Positions 12,541 through 24,389 of a stretch of 62,707 nt of DNA are shown here, piece after piece. The notes beneath the pieces are model-generated. The model saw only the letters and a list, made by a program, of their open reading frames with translations, was not told the origin of the DNA and made no database searches. This DNA is from Reclinomonas americana ATCC 50394 (lineage: Eukaryota), in NCBI GenBank assembly GCA_048213135.1, contig PS015103.1, positions 57,856 through 120,562 on the forward strand, given 5' to 3'. Numbering within the stretch: the first letter of the stretch is position 1; every line of letters starts with the position of its first letter. The position numbers were made by a program, and so were the translations under genes.

Positions 12541-15500
12541 TCAAAAGTCCTCCTCCTCGTCCTCAAAGTTGTACTCGATGGCGTCGCCATTGACGGTGCT
12601 CTGGAAGGGTGCCAGGGAGGCCACGGCCGTCGCTGTCGTCGTACCACCAGTAGGGGTCTCGCCGCGCGGCACTGGTCGCTTGCCGACACGAGCAGCAATG
12701 CTACTGCTGCTGCTGCCGTTGCCACCAGCACCGCTGGCACCACCGGCCAGCGCGCCTGCCGGCAAGGTCTCCTGCGATCGTCGGTGAGCGGCACTCGTCT
12801 CCAACTCGCTCCATCGCGGACCCCGAGCCGATGTCGGCTCCTCGTCTCCTGGCGAGCCGACAGTCTCCAGCGCCGCCGTGGTCGAGCGCGACCGCGGTCG
12901 CTCAGTGACCTCTTGACCGTCGCCGTGCACCGGTGAGAACACCGGCAGCCGACTGCGTGGAGCCGACGGAGTGGCCGTGTTGCGACGCGATTGCGGGCGT
13001 GAGCGTGTTACCCGGCCCGATCCGCTGCCATTGGCCGAATCCTGTGGACCATGATCAGCAATCAGGGAGAAACCCCTCCTCTTGCTTCTGCAATAAACAA
13101 AATTGACAAACCGGCTGCGGGATGTGTGATACACCACCCGGCGGCGGCGTGGCCGTCAGGCGATCCATCATCGTATCGCGCTCGGCCAGGTTGCGATCCA
13201 GGTAGTGCACAGTGAGGTCGAGGCGGCGCACCTCCTCGCGCAGATTGTGCACCTCCGAGTTGGCCTGCTGCTTCTCGGCCTCCTGCTTGGCCAGCTCCTC
13301 CTGCAGTCGGTGCAACTCGCTCTGGATCTCATTGATGCGACGACGCTTCTCTTCCACCGTGCTCTCCTGCGCAGCACGCGAGAGTTGAGAAGAGCGATCA
13401 AAGATGAGGAGAGAGAAAGAGGAGGAGGACCTTGAGTTTCGAGGAAATGTACAAGTGTCGCACGCGCTCCTTGGTCTCCTGCGTGGACGACAGCTTGCCG
13501 CGCAGATCGCGATTGTCGGCCTCCGTTCTCCTCAGCGCGTCGTTCATCGCCTTTTCGGTCTTGCGCATGCTGGCCACCTCCTCTTCCATCTTGATAATGT
13601 ACTTGAGGTCCTAGTGCGCACAAGAAACACATATGATTTGAGTGACGACAACAGAAATCAAAGGAGCACCGACGCATCGCACCTTGACGGTGGCCAGTCG
13701 GCGTCGCAGTGCATTCAGCTTCTTCTCCAACTCCTCACGCTGCTTCTCGGCCTCGGCGTTGAAGCCGGCCAGCTCTGTTTCCAGCGTCTGTACCTGGGCA
13801 CGCAGTCGCTCCGCCTCGGCTACCGCCTTGCGTTCCGTCTGCGCTGCTGCCGCTGCCTTTTCCTCGGCCTGCGGTGATACAAGGAGGGAGGGAGAGATTA
13901 AGAGACGACTTCGAATCATTGACATGCTCTCTCTCTCTCTCTCGAGTCACACCTCCTGCTTTTCTTCCATTGCATCGTGCACTTGCATCTCGAGAGTCTT
14001 GGCGCGATCCTGCTCGCGGCGAAGTCTCTCTTCGAACGACGCCGTCAGCATGCGCTTGTCGGCCTCCTGTGCATCGAGAAGAGCGTGAGTACATCGGGAT
14101 GATTGGGAAGGAGAATCGCCATGCCCGCACGCAACCCAATCATCCATCGACGTGGGTTTTGACTGAGCGGCGAGCTGCGCTCCACGCTTCTCGGCCTCGG
14201 CGACGGCAGCCGCCATGGCGCGTGAATGCTCCGCCTTGAGTTCGGCACGCAACCTGTCAATCTCAGTGCGCTTCTCGGCCTCCACCTGCCGCAAGCGCTC
14301 CTCCGCTTCGCGTGTTCGTGTGAGATTCTGCGAGCTAACTCGCTCGGCCTCGGCCACCGCCACCTCCAGTGCCTCCTTCTCGCCACGCAGGCGGGTCACT
14401 GTCGGTGCCCACATGGGCGACGCCTCGCGGTGGGGCTCGGCAAACAGCTGACGCGGCAGCTGGCCGTACTCGGCGAGCATCTGCTGCTCGCGGCCATTCG
14501 TCGGCACCGGGGCGTTGGTGCCGTAGAACGCTGCGAGAAGGGGAAGGGATGGGGGTGAGAAGGAGGAGGAACGGGGGAAAGGTGGGAAAGGTGGGAAGGG
14601 GAAGGGAATGAGAGAGAGGGGGTGGGGAGAGAGAGGAGGGGGGGGTGGGGAGAGAGAGAGAGAGAGAGAGAGTTGGGTCTCACTCTGCGTGTCGTGGTCG
14701 TGCAGANNNNNNNNNNNNNNNNNNNNNNNNNNNNNNNNNNNNNNNNNNNNNNNNNNNNNNNNNNNNNNNNNNNNNNNNNNNNNNNNNNNNNNNNNNNNNN
14801 NNNNNNNNNNNNNNNNNNNNNNNNNNNNNNNNNNNNNNNNNNNNNNNNNNNNNNNNNNNNNNNNNNNNNNNNNNNNNNNNNNNNNNNNNNNNNNNNNNNN
14901 NNNNNNNNNNNNNNNNNNNNNNNNNNNNNNNNNNNNNNNNNNNNNNNNNNNNNNNNNNNNNNNNNNNNNNNNNNNNNNNNNNNNNNNNNNNNNNNNNNNN
15001 NNNNNNNNNNNNNNNNNNNNNNNNNNNNNNNNNNNNNNNNNNNNNNNNNNNNNNNNNNNNNNNNNNNNNNNNNNNNNNNNNNNNNNNNNNNNNNNNNNNN
15101 NNNNNNNNNNNNNNNNNNNNNNNNNNNNNNNNNNNNNNNNNNNNNNNNNNNNNNNNNNNNNNNNNNNNNNNNNNNNNNNNNNNNNNNNNNNNNNNNNNNN
15201 NNNNNNNNNNNNNNNNNNNNNNNNNNNNNNNNNNNNNNNNNNNNNNNNNNNNNNNNNNNNNNNNNNNNNNNNNNNNNNNNNNNNNNNNNNNNNNNNNNNN
15301 NNNNNNNNNNNNNNNNNNNNNNNNNNNNNNNNNNNNNNNNNNNNNNNNNNNNNNNNNNNNNNNNNNNNNNNNNNNNNNNNNNNNNNNNNNNNNNNNNNNN
15401 NNNNNNNNNNNNNNNNNNNNNNNNNNNAAATTGAGATCAGCACACCAAAGAAGGAGTGAATCGGATAGTACAAGACGACGCAACTGCCAGCCCACGGCGG

Positions 15501-16278
15501 CAGCTCCACGTGGTTGACGCGCGTGGAGTTCTGTGTGACACCAAAATCGAGTCCGCTAGAGTTGAGCAGGAAACCACCGTTGCCCTCGTAGAACTCGGGA
15601 ATGAGCTGTGGCGCGCGCAACACATCACGGCGTTAGCGTCTTGAGTGCCCGCCACCACGCAGAGCCATCAAGAAGTCACCTCTGCGTAGTAGTCGTTTGT
15701 GCCAAACGCATTGCGCCAGAGCGATGGAATCGACTTGAACAGGCGATCGGCGTTGTCGAACTTGCCCTCCGAGTATTTCAGCGCCAAGTCGGGGCCTGTG
15801 TGAGATGCAAATATCAGCAGCTTGCGCCACGGATTATTGCCATCAAAGCGCACTCACGATCGCGCAAAAGGAAACCGACGAGAATCGACGTGTTCGAGTA
15901 CAGCGTGCGGAAGAGGAATCGAGAGTGTGCTTCGTCGCGCATCTCGGCACTTGCTCTCTGCGCACACCTGGTGAGCAACTTCCACACACAACAACACTGC
16001 AGAGACTTTTTTTCACGCTTACGCACCCTCAAGTAAGCGAGGCGCTGCTCATTCAGCGCGCCGATTGGCTTGGAGAGGTCGCGGAAGGTGCGCGGATCGT
16101 CAAAATCGAGCTGCGGGCTCTGGTAATCGGCAATCACCCACGGCATCACGGGGTACACGGCAAAGTCGTTGAAGGAGCGCGAGGCCAGCTGATTGACGGC
16201 CACCAGGTAGTCGTAGTTGCTGAGGATGCCGCGGACCCACGCTTCGCACACCCACTGGCTGTAGCGCTGGCTGTCCAT
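12541..16278 (-). CDS. BEACH-domain protein (FAN/NSMAF-like BEACH) followed by a long coiled coil and a low-complexity tail
   Basis: Spliced translation gives [79 protein letters not shown] and [18 protein letters not shown]-rich heptad exons follow (14531-13112); TGA at 12543-12541. ATG at 16278 is tentative because upstream exons may lie in the gap. Confidence 0.85.
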
Positions 16279-16416
16279 TGCCGTGCAGTCTGGTGGGGTA
16301 AAGGGAAAGGGGGAAGGGGAAAAGTGAGGAGGGGGAGGCAAATGAAGGGGATGGGAGGGAAGGAGAAGAGAGGGGAAGAGGAAATGAGAAGGGAAGGGAA
16401 GAGAGAGAGAGAGGAG

Positions 16417-16449
<33 letters not shown>

Positions 16450-16450
16450 A

Positions 16451-16500
<50 letters not shown>

Positions 16501-18031
16501 NNNNNNNNNNNNNNNNNNNNNNNNNNNNNNNNNNNNNNNNNNNNNNNNNNNNNNNNNNNNNNNNNNNNNNNNNNNNNNNNNNNNNNNNNNNNNNNNNNNN
16601 NNNNNNNNNNNNNNNNNNNNNNNNNNNNNNNNNNNNNNNNNNNNNNNNNNNNNNNNNNNNNNNNNNNNNNNNNNNNNNNNNNNNNNNNNNNNNNNNNNNN
16701 NNNNNNNNNNNNNNNNNNNNNNNNNNNNNNNNNNNNNNNNNNNNNNNNNNNNNNNNNNNNNNNNNNNNNNNNNNNNNNNNNNNNNNNNNNNNNNNNNNNN
16801 NNNNNNNNNNNNNNNNNNNNNNNNNNNNNNNNNNNNNNNNNNNNNNNNNNNNNNNNNNNNNNNNNNNNNNNNNNNNNNNNNNNNNNNNNNNNNNNNNNNN
16901 NNNNNNNNNNNNNNNNNNNNNNNNNNNNNNNNNNNNNNNNNNNNNNNNNNNNNNNNNNNNNNNNNNNNNNNNNNNNNNNNNNNNNNNNNNNNNNNNNNNN
17001 NNNNNNNNNNNNNNNNNNNNNNNNNNNNNNNNNNNNNNNNNNNNNNNNNNNNNNNNNNNNNNNNNNNNNNNNNNNNNNNNNNNNNNNNNNNNNNNNNNNN
17101 NNNNNNNNNNNNNNNNNNNNNNNNNNNNNNNNNNNNNNNNNNNNNNNNNNNNNNNNNNNNNNNNNNNNNNNNNNNNNNNNNNNNNNNNNNNNNNNNNNNN
17201 NNNNNNNNNNNNNNNNNNNNNNNNNNNNNNNNNNNNNNNNNNNNNNNNNNNNNNNNNNNNNNNNNNNNNNNNNNNNNNNNNNNNNNNNNNNNNNNNNNNN
17301 NNNNNNNNNNNNNNNNNNNNNNNNNNNNNNNNNNNNNNNNNNNNNNNNNNNNNNNNNNNNNNNNNNNNNNNNNNNNNNNNNNNNNNNNNNNNNNNNNNNN
17401 NNNNNNNNNNNNNNNNNNNNNNNNNNNNNNNNNNNNNNNNNNNNNNAGTAAGTTGTTGTTGCGATACTCGTGCTGAGTGCAGTTCTTGAAACTTCGAGAA
17501 CGATCGCGAAAAAGCGCAATGAAAATCGCTATCTGTATGTCGAGACTGGCCTTGTTTCTCGGATGCTATGGCCGTGGCCATCAAGAACACGCTTCAATCA
17601 CCCGCTTGTTCGTGTACCTTGCTGCATCGAACGCTGCGCTGAGAAAACAGAGGGAGTGTCGCAGTGATCGTGAAAGCATTTTTCCATTTGCTCATTCTCT
17701 CTTCCTCTCTCCCCCGAGCTCACTGTGCACGCATGTTGATTGAGGAGAGAGCGACATGGTTCTTGCGTGCTTCGCGCTGTGCTGTCTCTCCCTTCCATCA
17801 TTAGCCGAAAATGCATATCACTCACTCGCTAAAATGTCACTTCAATCTGCTTCTGGTTCGCACTGGAGGCGGCGCTTATCGCCACCACCACGGACTTCCT
17901 CTCAACAAGAAAGTAGAATTCCATAGAAACTCAATGGGAAAAAAAGAAAAAGAGGGAGAAAAAACCCTCCGTCACATTGTACACGAAGGGCGCGCGCGCC
18001 CTCGAAAGAAAAATCCACTCCTCGTCACTCA

Positions 18032-20056
18032 TCACGCCGCCTTGACGGTGCTCTTGCCCACCAGCACAAACGATGACGGGTCGGCATCCGGCCGCACCTT
18101 GCCGTGCTCGTCGTACAACGGATTCGGCGTGTACGTGTCAAACAGATGATCCCACACATTCAGCACAAATCCGAAATTGGTCCCCGGCTGTGCAGACGCA
18201 GACGCACACGTCAGCAAAACACCTCGGCGAGTGGGCACACACATGCGCACGGGTGGTGGCGGTGCATGCGGCATCACGCCCGACGACCGCCGCACGGTAA
18301 GTCGGCGGTGCGACATCGAAAAAATCCTGCTGTGAGAACGCAACTCGCGCATGATGCACGTCGTGCGACACGGCGCCACCTCCAAGCGCAAACGGCAGCA
18401 GCCTGTCCAGCGAGAACCATACATTGTGGCCAGCGTGTTCCTCGACCAGGAAGACGACCCATACCGCCACAAACACCCAGAACGACAGCGGGTGCACGCC
18501 AACGGTCACCGGCGTGACGACCTGGGTCAAAATCACCACAGCATCCTCGGCTGGGTGCACCCAACCTGCAAGCGCGCGCACACACACACGCAAAGCACGA
18601 GCAGAGAGAGCTGATCAGTGCGACTTGCCTCACATAATGCGCGCGTGGCATCCGTTGTCACAGAGTGAGGCGTAGAGAGAGTGGGAGTGAAAAAGTGAAA
18701 TCGAGAGGAAGCGAGGTCACAGTCGATTCGAGTGGTCGCTCTGTGTGTGGCGCTTGGAAGAAGAGTGGGTGAGTGCGCGAAGGAGCGATGCAGTGAGTGT
18801 GTGAGTGTGCGCTGGGAAGAGAGGAGCACAAGCGCAACAAGCCAGCTGCAGGGAACAGATCGATTCGATCGTGCAACACCACGTCGTGCGCGGCGAGCTG
18901 CACACTGACTCACACCGTGGCGTCGGCAAACGGGCAAAGTGAGAGCGCATGAGCAAGTGTGTGCGCGCGTGTGTGTGAGAGAGAAGAAGAAGAGGGAACA
19001 CAAACCACGACAAGCGAGAAAGAGAAGCAAACCACGCGCTCTCCTTTCTNNNNNNNNNNNNNNNNNNNNNNNNNNNNNNNNNNNNNNNNNNNNNNNNNNN
19101 NNNNNNNNNNNNNNNNNNNNNNNNNNNNNNNNNNNNNNNNNNNNNNNNNNNNNNNNNNNNNNNNNNNNNNNNNNNNNNNNNNNNNNNNNNNNNNNNNNNN
19201 NNNNNNNNNNNNNNNNNNNNNNNNNNNNNNNNNNNNNNNNNNNNNNNNNNNNNNNNNNNNNNNNNNNNNNNNNNNNNNNNNNNNNNNNNNNNNNNNNNNN
19301 NNNNNNNNCCCTCCCTCCCCTCACCTCCACCCCAGCAGAACGGGCGGGTGTACTTGTGATGCGTCGAATGAATATTATCGCGCAGCCACGGCACCGCATG
19401 CATAATGCGATGCTCCCAGTAGATCAAAAAGTCACCGGCGACCAGGCACAAGAAGAACTCCATCACAAATTGCGGCAGCGTCGGCGCCAGCTCCGGCAGC
19501 TCAATCGTCGTCGGCGACACCAAATACGTCACTCCGTTGGCGCCAATGTAGATGAGCGTCTGTGGCCAGGCCGCCGCCCAAATNNNNNNNNNNNNNNNNN
19601 NNNNNNNNNNNNNNNNNNNNNNNNNNNNNNNNNNNNNNNNNNNNNNNNNNNNNNNNNNNNNNNNNNNNNNNNNNNNNNNNNNNNATCATGCACCGTCGGG
19701 AAGGTGTACGGCGGCGTTTTGGTATCCATGTTTTGCGTCAGGTCGAGATACGTGAAATACGTGCAAATGGCGAAAAAGACCACGAGACCGACAACCGACG
19801 GAAAGAGCCACCAGGCGACCAGTGGCGATCCATGCGTGACAATGAATGACCATACGGGCTGAAGGAGGCGCTTCTCGCTGGCTTGCGCGGCCACGAATCC
19901 AAAATATGCGCACGCGCACAACAGCATCGCACCCACGGTCAAGCCCATGGCACGATCGGTGCGGTGCGAGTGTTGGACATTGGAGGGCGTGCCATCCTGC
20001 TCCTGGTTGCTGTTGTTGTGGCTGTTGTGGTGAGGTGATGACGTCGACTGCATCAT
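18032..20056 (-). CDS. Sterol desaturase / fatty acid hydroxylase family membrane di-iron enzyme (C4-methylsterol oxidase / CH25H-like)
   Basis: His boxes YWEHRIMH, NIHSTHH, EEHAGH and HDVHH, then PGTNFGFVLNVWDHLFDTY. Exons about 20056-19325 (with an internal gap), 18565-18345 and 18187-18032. Confidence 0.9.
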
Positions 20057-20701
20057 GTGCCACCGAAATCCGGAGTTATCAAGAAGCGGACAGGACGATG
20101 CTTTGTATCGATATATCGCAGTGTTGTTCGTGAGCACACGCGAGAGAAAAAAGAGGGCAAGGGAAAGAGAATTAGAGAGGAGGTCGGGAAACGCGAAATC
20201 GTGATTGCTGGTGTTTTCCGAAGTCGCAGTTTCGGATTTTCTACGGAAGCGACGCTCGATCATGCAAGCTGCAAAGTCGCGTTTGCTGAGTGCGCGATGC
20301 ATGAGTGAGTCTGGAGGTGGCGCGTGCGTGCAACGGCGGTGTGCTGGAGGCTTCCAAAAATGGAACTTGTCGGAACGTCGCGTTGAATCTCCGTGCGCAA
20401 AAAAATGCATGCATGCACTGTGCGATGCACGCCTCTGTGCGCCTCTGGAGGGGTAGTTAGTGGAGGTCATCTGCCTCCTCGGTCACCTCCAGCCGACAAA
20501 CGCGCAGCAGCGCATGCAGCAGTGAGTGATCTCCTCACATTGAGAAGAGCTCGTGCTGCAGTTTCCCCACCACTCCCCTTTCCTCTCATTGTCTCCTCTC
20601 CACTCCACAATGCACACCCTTCGCCCTCCTTTCCACGCGAACGTCGCATGTATTGTTGTCGGATTGTCAATTTCAGGACACATAACACTTTCTCGCCAAC
20701 C

Positions 20702-21826
20702 ATGAGCGCCGAGTCTCCCATCGCCTCACAAAGAGCAGGTACCCTCCTCCTCTCCCTCCCTCACTCCCTCCCTCCTTCTCCACCTCACTGACACACACAC
20801 GTCGTTGCCTCTCTCAAGAATCAGACATTCGCAACTCTCCCGAGATGTTTGCGTGGCGCGTCCACCTGGAGCTGCAAGAGAAACTGCATCGCGAGCAAGC
20901 AGAGCGCGAGCGCCAAGCATACCTCCTCCAACACGAGCGCATGTTGGCCGTTTCGTCTATCTTCTCACACTCACAGCACGCGCAATCGTCCAATCAACTT
21001 TTCCGCCTTGCGCAGGAGATCATGGCCTCGGGTCCCTCTCCACTCACCGCCTCCCCCGCGCCTACACAAGCCTTATCCGTCGGTTACGCCAGCGATGAGC
21101 TGCGATTGGACGCGCAGATCCGTCGACTCGGCCACGTGCTGCACGCGGCCAACTTGGGCACTCTGACGGGCGGTGGATCGGCATCGGTGGACGCTGTGGG
21201 CGCGGCATTGGCTCGCATACGCAGTGGCAAGTCGCCGCCTTCTGCTCCGGCCTCGCCTGTTGTGCGAGCAATGACGCCACCACCGCCACCACCGGTTGAA
21301 ACACGGCCGGACATTCGTCATTTGGTGGCCGATCCCAAGGTTCCATCGCTGCTGCTGCTGCTTCGTTGCGTTATCGGTGCTTACCATCTAGGTGTACTCT
21401 CAGAGTGCGTCAATGGTGCCGGAGTTGCGCGCGCTGCTGGCCCAGCGGCAACGCATTGCGCAGGAGGTGACGATGACGACGTCGAATTCTTCGTCGCCGG
21501 CGGGTTCGGCGCCGCAGACGCCAGTGCTGGCGCCGGTGGCGAGCAAGGAGGACACGCCACCGCAGACGCCGGCGTCGTTTGCGGAGATGTTTGCGCGGTT
21601 GCAGGCGACGACGACCACGCCACCGCAGGTGCCGTCGCCGCTGTTGAAGCCGTTGCCGGCGGCGGAGGTGGCGGCGATCTCCAGTGGTGTTGTGGGGGGT
21701 GTGCCGTTGGAGCCGGTGGGTAAGCTGCCGGATCCGGCGGGTGCGCGGCCACCGCCACCTACCGGGCATGGTGGGTTGTCGTTGTTGTTGCGACAGGCGA
21801 CGGGTGGCGGCAAGGCCGTGGCGTGA
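20702..21826 (+). CDS. Uncharacterised protein with a short coiled coil and a Pro/Ser/Thr-rich region (3' end uncertain)
   Basis: ATG at 20702 and GT-AG exons that keep frame (MSAESPIASQRA|DIRNSPEMFAWRVHLELQEKLHREQAE..|EIMASG..DPK|VYSQSASMVPELRALL..). No recognisable domain. Confidence 0.55.
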
Positions 21827-22973
21827 GTGGGGGAGTGTGTGTGGGGGGAGGAAGAAGGCAGACTGCAAAGTGTAAGTATCATTGTGCGATTGTGCAGATA
21901 GTGAGAGTGAGGGAAAGAGGAGGAGGGGNNNNNNNNNNNNNNNNNNNNNNNNNNNNNNNNNNNNNNNNNNNNNNNNNNNNNNNNNNNNNNNNNNNNNNNN
22001 NNNNNNNNNNNNNNTGGCCGTGACTGCCACTCACAAAAGATCGAGTCTCTCCCTCCTCTCCCTCTCCCCCTCCCCCCTCCCCCTCCCCCTCTCTCCCTCA
22101 CTCTCACCTGCATAATCGCACAATGATACTTACAACTGGCAGACTGCAGCAACACCCACAACCCCACTCACGCCACAGCTTTGCCGCCACCCTCCCCCTC
22201 TCNNNNNNNNNNNNNNNNNNNNTTGGTCGGTGGATGGTCGACCCGACGATAACATGACAACAGGTTGCGCAACGAAACAGTGTCGTGTCGCATTGATGGC
22301 CGTTGCTTGTGCGTTTTCACATTGCCGTGTTACCGTTTCCTCCGACAGCATTCTCGCTGGCCAGCAAATCCTCTGAGGCAGTCCGTTCTCCGGAATGCGA
22401 CGGGTTGATGCTTCAGCACGGACCGAGTCGTGGTCGATTTGCTTCATGCCTCCGACAGCGTTTCGCACTGGCCTTCAAAGCCGTGACATGTACAACCAGT
22501 GGATGCAGGTTCATTATCTGTTCTCTACTGTGATTTCCTCCGCAGCAGAGGCCCTGCACGTGTGGAAGTTCATAATCGACACGAGGTGACAACTTTTGTC
22601 GGGTCCTTCCAAGCAAACCTCTTTTTCAAACTTGCTGTTGCGTACTCCGACCAACAACGCAGAGGCCACCTCCCATCCTACCTCCACGCAACCTCAGCGT
22701 GCCAGCTGCCTCGTGGCGACCCGCAGACAACATTTGTCGGATTAATATTTTCAGTCGTAAGCGTATGCCGTCTTGTTCCAATTCGACGTGAAGTCGACCC
22801 TGACCTTGTCGTCTCTTCGACTTTGACGGAGAGTGCGCCATTTGCTATATTGATTATATCGTTCGGGAGAGCGGTTACCACCACACATGCTTCTCGTCGA
22901 CTCACCGACGTCAACCGTCCCGTCACGCCAACAGTCACGCAATTCTTCGACTCTCTCTTCGAGCACACCTCGC

Positions 22974-24099
22974 ATGTCAACACCTGCAAGTGCGGACTCC
23001 GCTGGTAAGTGTGACCTCTGATGACAAATACTCATGATGGGATGGGGGACGCGCGCGTGAGCAAACACAAAATGTGACACGTGTCCAAGTGCACTTTTAT
23101 GGACCTCTTTGTCTCAGACTCTTTCTCTCTTTCTTCTTCTTTCCCTTTCACCGCGCTGTGCTGTGCTCTGCGTGTGTATACTTCACCTTTCAATCCCATT
23201 CATGTCCACGCGGACAGCAACCACAAATACATGTGCATGCATGTGGGAGGTTCTCACATGCACTTTCGTCGACTCACACATGCAACATGAATCTTGCAAC
23301 GCGAAATAGGTGGCGGTCGTCTTCACATTGTGGTCGACGGCTCGTACGTGTACAAGATCGCGCAAAAGTACGGCAAGCGTGTCGACTATGAAGCTCTGTG
23401 TGCCACATTGGAACGTGCCGCGGGAGTGCCGTGCGGTGCCAAGGTCTATGTGGACCACATTCCCAACGCCGACAAGCCCTTCTTCAGAGTTTCGTCTCTC
23501 TCTGTGTGTTTGTCGCCAACTCGTCTTCGACCACCATGTGTCATGTTTGTCATGTTCATGCGAAAAAAACAGCAATTACGTCACATGCGCTTCGAGACGG
23601 TCTCGTGTGAGATGAAGACGGAGACCAAGTACGACCCGGTGAAGAAGCAAGAGGTGCTGCTTGCGTACTTTGCTGCTTCCTCCCAGTCCGCATACTCACC
23701 ACCTTTGTCGTGCAGTTCACATGCCGACTGCAAAAGGGAGGCGACGTGTACATTGCGTACTACATCATGCTGTGGGCCTTCGATCCCAAGTGCTCGCACA
23801 TTGCGGTGGTGGCGGGTGACGGCGACTTTTATCCCGTCTTCCGCTTTGTGCATCAGCACCCGAGCAAGCAGCTGCTGGTGGTGCACTTTGAGGAGGGTCT
23901 CTCCGACAGTCTCATGCCGTACGGGCATCAGTTGGTGCTCGATCGAATGCCCGATGTGCTGAAGTCGGTGGGTGGCGGGGGGATGAAAAGGGAAAGGGGG
24001 AAAGGGAAGAAAGAGAGAGAGAGAGCGAGAGAGACAGGAAGTGAGAGATAGACAGAGAGAGATAAACAACACGCACACACAGAGACACACACGCAGAGA

Positions 24100-24147
<48 letters not shown>

Positions 24148-24327
24148 CGCGCCGCGACGTCGTTGTTAGTACTTCTCGTAGGTAGGTAAGTCGTAGTTGG
24201 TCGTGTACGTTCGACGACGACGCCGACCTAGTCGGACGTAGTGGTACGGACGTACGTTANNNNNNNNNNNNNNNNNNNNACGAACGACGTACGAGACGAC
24301 GACGACGACGACGAGAGACGAGACGAG

Positions 24328-24389
<62 letters not shown>

